50,826 bases of DNA from assembly GCA_027320085.1 (NCBI GenBank), contig DAHVLZ010000017.1:1-50826 (forward strand), given 5' to 3'. The notes beneath the pieces were generated by a model. It did not search any database and was not told the origin of the DNA. It worked only from the letters and a program-made list of their open reading frames with translations. Both the position numbers and the translations under genes were made by a program. Below are positions 44,637 through 50,826 of the stretch, piece by piece; within the stretch, counting starts at the first letter, position 1, and each line of letters opens with the position of its first letter. The DNA comes from Pseudomonadota bacterium (lineage in GTDB: Bacteria; Pseudomonadota; Gammaproteobacteria; JAKAQQ01).

Positions 44637-45139
44637 GAGGGGCGGATGAACTGCGCGCGGCATGGGCCCGCCTGTCCCCGCGGGAACAGGTGGGCGTCGG
44701 GGTGGGCGGTGGGGCGCTTGCCCTCCTCCTCTTCTACCTGCTCATCCTCAACCCCCTGCTCGGCGGCCTGCACTCGGCCACACGCCGGATCAGCCGCGAA
44801 CGGACCCTCTATGCCTGGATCGCCCGCCACGAAAGCCGTCTCGAGCAGGCGGCCGGATCAACTCCCCGCCCGCTCACCCCCTCCTTCCGGGCCGGGATCC
44901 AGGATCGTCTGGTCCGCCTGTTCGGTCACCACCATGTTTTCAAGATCCACGCAACGGGCCGAAACCGGATCACCGTGGTGATGAAGCGCGTGCCCTATGA
45001 ACAGCTCCTATCCGACTTTCTTCCCTTCCTGATCCGGCATGGCATCGAGCTGCGCCAGATCGACATCGATCATCGGACCCCGGGCTCAAGCCTCGTCGGG
45101 GTCACGGTCAAACTCGCGGACCATGCGCAGACCCACTAA
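44633..45139 (+). CDS. gspM: T2SS protein M
   Basis: W..LSPREQ plus TM plus YLLI.NPL, V.Y..L...L; ATG at 44633 overlaps the gspL stop. Confidence 0.85.
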   Translation: MRGADELRAAWARLSPREQVGVGVGGGALALLLFYLLILNPLLGGLHSATRRISRERTLYAWIARHESRLEQAAGSTPRPLTPSFRAGIQDRLVRLFGHHHVFKIHATGRNRITVVMKRVPYEQLLSDFLPFLIRHGIELRQIDIDHRTPGSSLVGVTVKLADHAQTH

Positions 45140-45938
45140 ATCCGTCCTCCGTCTCGTCGGCGTGACCCTGGTTGTTTACCTGATCGCGCTCGTCGCCGAG
45201 TTCCCGGCCGCTTTCGCTCTCCATCTCTTCGGGCCCCACTCCCCGGACTTCAGGGTCGAGGGGGTGAGCGGGACCGTCTGGCACGGTCGGGCCGGACCGG
45301 CCCGGATCGGTGCGATCGCGATCAAACAGGTGGACTGGAGCCTAGATCCATGGCCGCTTTTGATCGGCCGACTCGAGCTCCGGCTCCGGATGAGCACCCC
45401 GGATGCGGGCTCCGAGAAGGGCAGCCTCGAGTTCTCGAGCCTGAACCAGTTCCGGCTCAAGCACGTCACGGCCACCTTCGACCCGGCCGCATTGCTGCTT
45501 TCCTCCCCGCCGGCGCTGGCCGGCAGAATCCGGCTCCAGATCCATACGCTGGCGATCCGGGGCGGAAACCTCACCCGCCTGCACGGACAGCTGGTCGCCC
45601 GGCGGATCATCCTGCAATCACCCATTCGCCTGCGGCTCAGCCCCCTGTCCATCCAGGCCCAACCGGCCCCGGGGCAGATCGGTGTGATCCACTTCATGGC
45701 CGGGCCTGCCGGTGACTTCGCCGGAACGGCGACCGTCACCCTCACCGGCGGCAACGGCTACCAGCTGGTCGCCCGCATCAAGCCGGAACCCACCGCACCG
45801 GCTTTCCTGGAACGGCTTCTCGCGGGAAGCGGCCAACCGGACCCCCAAGGCTTCTACCACCTCCAGCTCAAGGGTGTTCTGCCTCCGCTTTCCACACTCC
45901 TGCCCATCCGGTCTCCGGCCCCGGGGATTTCGCCATGA
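45123..45938 (+). CDS. gspN: T2SS protein N
   Basis: YL..LV..FPA, GVSGTVWHG, V.W.L.PW.LL.G.L; follows gspM. Confidence 0.85.
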   Translation: MRRPTKSVLRLVGVTLVVYLIALVAEFPAAFALHLFGPHSPDFRVEGVSGTVWHGRAGPARIGAIAIKQVDWSLDPWPLLIGRLELRLRMSTPDAGSEKGSLEFSSLNQFRLKHVTATFDPAALLLSSPPALAGRIRLQIHTLAIRGGNLTRLHGQLVARRIILQSPIRLRLSPLSIQAQPAPGQIGVIHFMAGPAGDFAGTATVTLTGGNGYQLVARIKPEPTAPAFLERLLAGSGQPDPQGFYHLQLKGVLPPLSTLLPIRSPAPGISP

Positions 45939-47221
45939 TGCCCAAAGCCTTGACCCCGGATACGCGTATCTCCATCATCGGACTCGGCTATGTGGGCCTG
46001 CCCCTGGCCATCGCCTTGAGCCGCCACTTCAAGGTCCTGGGCTTTGATCCGGATCCCACCCGTGTCGAGGAACTCCAGGCGGGACAGGACCGGCGACGGG
46101 AAACCCGTCCCGAGGACCTGACCCCGGGTCCGGCCCTGCGTTTTTCGACCGACCCGGAGGCGCTCCGGCATTCCGACGTCTTCATCGTGGCGGTCCCCAC
46201 CCCGATCGACGAGATCAAGCGCCCCGACCTCACGGCGCTCTGCACCGCCTGCGTCACCGTCGGCGCCCGTCTCGGACCGGGCAGCGCCGTCATCTTCGAG
46301 TCCACGGTCTATCCGGGAGCGACGGAGGAGGTCGCGGTACCCCTTCTGGAACAGCACTCCGGGCTCCGGCTCAACCGGGACTTCATCGTGGGCTACAGCC
46401 CCGAACGGGTCAATCCGGGTGATTCCAGCCATCCCTTCACCGAGATCATCAAGATCACCTCCGCCTCTTGTCCTGAAGCCCTCGATTGGGTCGACCACCT
46501 CTACCGCCGGATCGTCCGGGCCGGAACCCATCCGGTGGCCAGCATCCGCATCGCGGAAGCCGCGAAAGCCATCGAGAACAGCCAGCGGGATCTCAACATC
46601 GCCTTCATGAACGAGCTTGCGCTCTTGTTTTCCCATCTCGGGCTCGACACCGAAGACGTGCTGGAGGCGGCCGGCACCAAGTGGAACTTCCTTCCCTTCC
46701 GACCCGGTTTTGTGGGGGGACACTGCATTGGAGTCGACCCGTATTACCTCACCCACAAGGCGCAGCAGGTGGGCTACCAACCCGAGGTGATCCTGGCGGG
46801 ACGGCGGATCAATGATTCCATGGGTCGCTGGGTGGCTACACGGGTCATCAAACTCATGCTGAAAAAGGGCATCGCCCTCCCCCAGGCGACCGTTCTCGTC
46901 CAGGGCTGTACCTTCAAGGAGAACTGCGCCGATATCCGGAACACGCGTGTCACGGAACTCGTCTCCGAACTTCAAAGCTACGGGGTCACGGTCGAGATCA
47001 CCGATCCCTGGGCCCATCCGGATGAGGTCCGCGCGGAATACGGATGGAGGTTGGTGAATCCGGAACCTCAACGGCCTTACGATGCCCTGATCCTGGCCGT
47101 GGCGCACCGCGAGTTCGCAAGCCAGACGAAAGCCGATCTGGCCCGTCTCGTCCGTGATCCCCATGTCATCTTCGACGTCAAGTCCGTCCTGCCACGGGAC
47201 AGCGTGGACGCCAGGCTCTAG
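45935..47221 (+). CDS. tviB: UDP-N-acetylhexosamine C6 dehydrogenase (TviB/WbpO family)
   Basis: GLGYVGLP, AVPTP, ESTVYPG, YSPERVNPGD, KAIENSQRDLNIA, GFVGGHCIGVDPYY, TFKENC.DIRN. Confidence 0.9.
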   Translation: MMPKALTPDTRISIIGLGYVGLPLAIALSRHFKVLGFDPDPTRVEELQAGQDRRRETRPEDLTPGPALRFSTDPEALRHSDVFIVAVPTPIDEIKRPDLTALCTACVTVGARLGPGSAVIFESTVYPGATEEVAVPLLEQHSGLRLNRDFIVGYSPERVNPGDSSHPFTEIIKITSASCPEALDWVDHLYRRIVRAGTHPVASIRIAEAAKAIENSQRDLNIAFMNELALLFSHLGLDTEDVLEAAGTKWNFLPFRPGFVGGHCIGVDPYYLTHKAQQVGYQPEVILAGRRINDSMGRWVATRVIKLMLKKGIALPQATVLVQGCTFKENCADIRNTRVTELVSELQSYGVTVEITDPWAHPDEVRAEYGWRLVNPEPQRPYDALILAVAHREFASQTKADLARLVRDPHVIFDVKSVLPRDSVDARL

Positions 47222-47231
47222 GAGCCGCCGA

Positions 47232-47372
47232 CGGGCGATGCTGACCCATTTGCCCGATGCCGGGGCAGCGGCCTTTTACCGGTGCTTCGGCTTTGAAACG
47301 ACCCCAGAGAACGGGCGGCAACTGATTCTCCTGCCCAAGGATGCTCGGCGTTTCGCTGGGGCACCACATTGA
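47232..47372 (+). pseudogene. C-terminal remnant of a GNAT acetyltransferase toxin (TacT/AtaT-like)
   Basis: RAMLTH.PD..AAAFY..FGF...P....QL.LL.KDAR resembles the C-terminus of DUF1778-associated GNAT toxins; the N-terminal part and the antitoxin are absent. Confidence 0.65.
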
Positions 47373-47682
47373 AATCGGGTCGGGAAGCACGAAGGGGTTC
47401 CGCCTGACAAAAGGGCGGCCATGACTCTCGGGCGGATGGCGCGCAACGCCCGCGCTCAAGCGCTGGATGAGCCCCCCGGGGTTCTGCATCCTGTTGGCGC
47501 CGCCATCGCCTGGCCTTCCATACCCGAGCCCGTCGATCTGGGATGCCGGCCCAGTGGCATGAGACACCGAAGATGGCACCTCGTCCCGATGCCCGAACTC
47601 ACGATGCTGGATCTTCCACAGCGTCAGGAGTTCGCCCGATTGAACTCCCGCGCCCGACGGCTGGACGGGCTAGACTGTCCCC

Positions 47683-48420
47683 ATGTCAAAGACTCCACAC
47701 GGTCGTGACGAGTGGGCGGTCGTCACCGGGGCCAACCGGGGACTGGGCCGTGCCGTGGCGGAAGCGCTCGGCCGATTGGGGTTTCGGATTCTCGCGGGCA
47801 GCCGCGACCGGACCCAAGGCGAGGCGGTCGCGGCCACAATCCGGGAACAGGGCGGAGTGGCCGAGTTTTGTCCGCTTGATGTGACCGCTGAGGACGATCT
47901 CGCCCGGCTCGCCGCCCGGCTGCGCGAGTCCGGGGTTCCGGTGGCGGTCTTGGTCAACAATGCCGGCATCTACCCGGAATCTCCAAGGTCGCATGGCCCC
48001 GACGTGGATCCCGACCCGCTGGGGGTCTCCCCCGCGGTCCTGGTCGAGAACTTCAGAATCAATGCCCTGGGCGCCGTCCGGGTCATCCAGGTGCTCGCTC
48101 CCCATTTCCGGGCGGGGAGCCGCATCCTCAACGTGTCCTCCCAGATGGCGTCGCTCAGCCGGATGACCGGCGGTTCACTGGGTTACCGGATGTCCAAGAC
48201 CGCGCTCAATGCGGCGACGCGGGTCTTTGCTGAGTCTTTCGCAGACCAGGGCATCCTGGTCAACAGCGTCTCACCCGGGTGGGTCCGGACGAACATGGGG
48301 GGCCCTTCGGCCCCACGCTCGATCGAGGAAGGCATCGACACCCTGGTCTGGATGGCCACCGACCCGAATTTCAGCGAGAGCGGTTTTTTCTGGCAGGACC
48401 GGCAGAAGATCGACTGGTAG
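47683..48420 (+). CDS. Short-chain dehydrogenase/reductase (carbonyl reductase-like)
   Basis: TGANRGLG, LDVT, NNAGI, NVSS, YRMSK, PGWVRTNMGG. Confidence 0.92.
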   Translation: MSKTPHGRDEWAVVTGANRGLGRAVAEALGRLGFRILAGSRDRTQGEAVAATIREQGGVAEFCPLDVTAEDDLARLAARLRESGVPVAVLVNNAGIYPESPRSHGPDVDPDPLGVSPAVLVENFRINALGAVRVIQVLAPHFRAGSRILNVSSQMASLSRMTGGSLGYRMSKTALNAATRVFAESFADQGILVNSVSPGWVRTNMGGPSAPRSIEEGIDTLVWMATDPNFSESGFFWQDRQKIDW

Positions 48421-48429
48421 CCCGCGCTT

Positions 48430-49218
48430 TCAGGCTCTTCCGTGCGACAGGCTCCCGGCTCCGGACCAGGCTTCCGCCCGGGCAATGTCGCCCGGTTCAT
48501 CGACCGCGGGACCCGGGACCACACGCGCGCTTTCCACGGCGATTTCGAAGCCGACCCAAAGCGCCCGCAACTGCTCCAGTCGTTCGATCTGCTCGAGTTC
48601 GCAGGGTGGCTCGCGGACCAGGCGTCTCAAGGCACCCACCCGGTAGGCGTAGAGGCCGATATGCCGCAAGGCCCCCCGCACCCGCGTCGGCACCTCGGTC
48701 TGACCGGAATCACCGCGGGGATAAGGGATGGGCGCCCGGCTGAAATACAGGGCGTGCCCCCGGATGTCGGTCACGATCTTCACGATATTGGGATTGGCAA
48801 AATCTTCCCGTGCGTGAAGGGCCACGCCCAAGGTCGCCAGGGACGCATCCGACGATCGGGCCAGAAGAAAGGCACACTGCTCGACGAGCGAACCGGGCAT
48901 CAAGGGTTCATCCCCCTGCAGGTTGACGACCAGGGTCTCATCGTCCCAACCGAGCCGGTCGGCCACCTCACCGATCCGGTCGGTGCCGCTCGCATGGGCC
49001 TCCGAGGTGAGACAACCCTCGACCCCAAGCGACCGGGCCACCTCGAGAACCCGGTCGGACTCGCTTGCCACGATGATGCGGGAGGCCCCGCTTTCACGGG
49101 CATGATCCACGACATGGGCCAGCAGGGGCCGACCCCGGAGGGGATGGAGGACCTTGCCGGGGAAACGGGTCGAGGCCCACCGGGCCGGAATAACCACCCG
49201 GTAGTCGGATTCGGTCAT
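48430..49218 (-). CDS. kdsB: 3-deoxy-manno-octulosonate cytidylyltransferase
   Basis: VIPAR.ASTRFPGK.L, H.SGTDR, NLQGDEP, LYFSRAPIP, HIGLYAY, ERLEQLR. Confidence 0.97.
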   Translation of the reverse strand: MTESDYRVVIPARWASTRFPGKVLHPLRGRPLLAHVVDHARESGASRIIVASESDRVLEVARSLGVEGCLTSEAHASGTDRIGEVADRLGWDDETLVVNLQGDEPLMPGSLVEQCAFLLARSSDASLATLGVALHAREDFANPNIVKIVTDIRGHALYFSRAPIPYPRGDSGQTEVPTRVRGALRHIGLYAYRVGALRRLVREPPCELEQIERLEQLRALWVGFEIAVESARVVPGPAVDEPGDIARAEAWSGAGSLSHGRA

Positions 49219-49415
49219 GGACGCGGATCGGAGGGGGTGGCTGTGGCCGGTTCGTCCGGACTCCGGGCCTCGTCCAGGAGCAGGACGGGGATCCCCTCAC
49301 GGACCGGGAAGAGGAGGTGGTCTCCGGGACACCAGAGTTCATTCACCTCCTCCCGGAAATCCAGCCGGCCCCGGCAACGCGGACAGACCACCCACTCGAG
49401 CCAGCGGGGATCCAT
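49215..49415 (-). CDS. ycaR: Trm112-family (YcaR) protein
   Basis: MD...LE..VCP.C.G.L, C..D.L.FPVREGIPVLL.DEAR; between lpxK and kdsB; alternative ATG at 49430. Confidence 0.92.
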   Translation of the reverse strand: MDPRWLEWVVCPRCRGRLDFREEVNELWCPGDHLLFPVREGIPVLLLDEARSPDEPATATPSDPRP

Positions 49416-49417
49416 CG

Positions 49418-50440
49418 TCAACGGTTCCATGACCGGACTCGTGCGGCCAGTTCATCGATTAGCTGAAGACAGGCGGGTGCGTCCACGGTGACCTCGACGG
49501 GTACCGACCACATGCGGTCGGAACATTCTTCCGGAACATATTTTACGGCGTCCTTCTCGGTGAGGAAAATCGGTGCCTCGGGGCGCCATTCGAGAAGGCG
49601 CGGGGCGGGGAGATGCTCGTGATCCGCAAGCGGATGGGGCAGGACCGCCAGGCCCTGGGCGGCCAGAAGATCGAAAAATGAGTCCGGGTTCCCGATTCCG
49701 GAAACGGCATGTACGCGCTGTCCGGCAAAGTGCGCAAGCGGCCGGCTCTCCTGGTCACACAGACGAACCGCCCGGCCGGCGGTCAGATGGAAGGGGTGCC
49801 CTCGGGGGCTCCCGGGAACCGGCGCCTTGACCCAGACGGCATCCACCTGCCGGGCCCGTCCCAGCCGTTCGCGGAGGGGACCTGCGGGCATGAGCCACCG
49901 GTTACCCCACCCCCGGGATCCATCGACCGTGATCCATTCGACATCCCGGGCGAGCCGGTAGTGCTGCAGGCCGTCGTCGGAGACAATGAGATCGACGGTT
50001 TCGTGTTCCAGAAGCCAGCGGGCGGCCCGGGCCCGGTTATGCCCGATCACCACGGGCGAGCTGGTGCGCCGGGCGATCAGGACCGGTTCATCCCCGAACT
50101 CCCGCGCGGAAGCCTGGGGCGGCACCCGGACCGGACCGGTCCGGGTGCCGCCATAGCCGCGGCTGACTACGCCGACCCGGATCCCCCGTTCGCGGAACTG
50201 CCCGACGAGCCAGATCACGAGCGGTGTCTTGCCGGTTCCGCCGACCACGAGGTTGCCCACGATCAAAACCGGCACGGATGGCCGGTAGGCCCTGGGCAGT
50301 CGAAGCTCGGCCAGGCCCTGCCGGAGGAGGCTTGCCGCACCGAAAAGGCCGGCCAGGGGAACCAGGGGATAGAGGACCGGGCTCAGTCGGGGTGCATACC
50401 AGCGCCGGGTGAGAAAGCGCTCCATCCGACCCCGTCTCAT
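49418..50440 (-). CDS. lpxK: Tetraacyldisaccharide 4'-kinase
   Basis: [48 protein letters not shown]. Confidence 0.97.
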   Translation of the reverse strand: MRRGRMERFLTRRWYAPRLSPVLYPLVPLAGLFGAASLLRQGLAELRLPRAYRPSVPVLIVGNLVVGGTGKTPLVIWLVGQFRERGIRVGVVSRGYGGTRTGPVRVPPQASAREFGDEPVLIARRTSSPVVIGHNRARAARWLLEHETVDLIVSDDGLQHYRLARDVEWITVDGSRGWGNRWLMPAGPLRERLGRARQVDAVWVKAPVPGSPRGHPFHLTAGRAVRLCDQESRPLAHFAGQRVHAVSGIGNPDSFFDLLAAQGLAVLPHPLADHEHLPAPRLLEWRPEAPIFLTEKDAVKYVPEECSDRMWSVPVEVTVDAPACLQLIDELAARVRSWNR

Positions 50441-50826
50441 GCCCCCCCGCCTCCCGGGGGTTCGATGAGGCTCCGCTGCAGCTGGGCATAGGCCCCCGAC
50501 TTCGAGACCAGCTCCGCGTGAGTGCCTTCCTCGACGATCCGCCCGTTCTCGAGAACCAGGATCCGGTCTGCCCGTTCCACCGTCGACAGGCGGTGGGCGA
50601 TGATCAGGGTGGTCTTCCGGCTCATGGCCCGCGCAATGGCCTGCTGGACCTGGCGCTCGGCCACCGTGTCCAGGGCGGAGGTGGCCTCGTCGAGGATCAG
50701 GATCGGCGATTTCCGGAGCAGGGCCCGGGCAATCATGATGCGCTGGCGCTGACCACCGGAGAGAAGCATCCCACGCTCACCCACCGGCGTCTCGAAACCC
50801 AGAGGCATCTTCCGGATCTCCTCGAT
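50437..50826 (-). CDS. msbA: Lipid A flippase MsbA, C-terminal ATPase part (5' end beyond window)
   Basis: [31 protein letters not shown]; stop overlaps the lpxK start; frame open to the window edge. Confidence 0.88.
   Translation of the reverse strand: MEEIRKMPLGFETPVGERGMLLSGGQRQRIMIARALLRKSPILILDEATSALDTVAERQVQQAIARAMSRKTTLIIAHRLSTVERADRILVLENGRIVEEGTHAELVSKSGAYAQLQRSLIEPPGGGGA

Noticed and set aside
47421-47708. 95-aa ORF upstream of the SDR
   Set aside because: No recognisable motif or clear RBS, and it overlaps the SDR start; treated as non-coding or decayed.

Overview
GC-rich chromosomal segment of a gammaproteobacterium. The gene order (dapA/gcvR-bcp-phoH, class I aldolase, rlmD-CYTH-nagZ-hpt, tRNA-Ser-dnaX-recR-HIT) resembles Xanthomonadales/Steroidobacterales-type lineages; this is an inference. 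The window is mostly tightly packed core operons: rpoE-rseAB-lepAB-rnc-era-recO-pdxJ-acpS, dnaX-recR, dapA, mlaFEDCB plus mlaA and fadL, fabD-fabG-acpP-fabF-mltG-tmk-holB-pilZ, gspG-N and msbA-lpxK-ycaR-kdsB. It also holds one tRNA-Ser(GGA) and a partial secreted 7-bladed YVTN beta-propeller gene at the left edge that the ORF track misses. I see no CRISPR array, integrase or intact mobile element, only a short GNAT-toxin remnant. The most unusual signals concern the envelope. (1) The type II secretion pseudopilins GspG and GspK both appear to have lost their conserved acidic Ca2+-binding residues. (2) A rhombosortase gene sits head-to-head with the gsp operon and is translationally coupled to fabD. 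(3) Exported proteins are rich in His/Arg and poor in Asp/Glu, which suggests an acidophile. (4) A BarA/GacS-like kinase has its HPt domain before the receiver and is coupled to an orphan periplasmic binding protein. (5) An 87-aa lipoprotein occupies the bamC position. All protein identifications come from motif recall and synteny; no searches were run.
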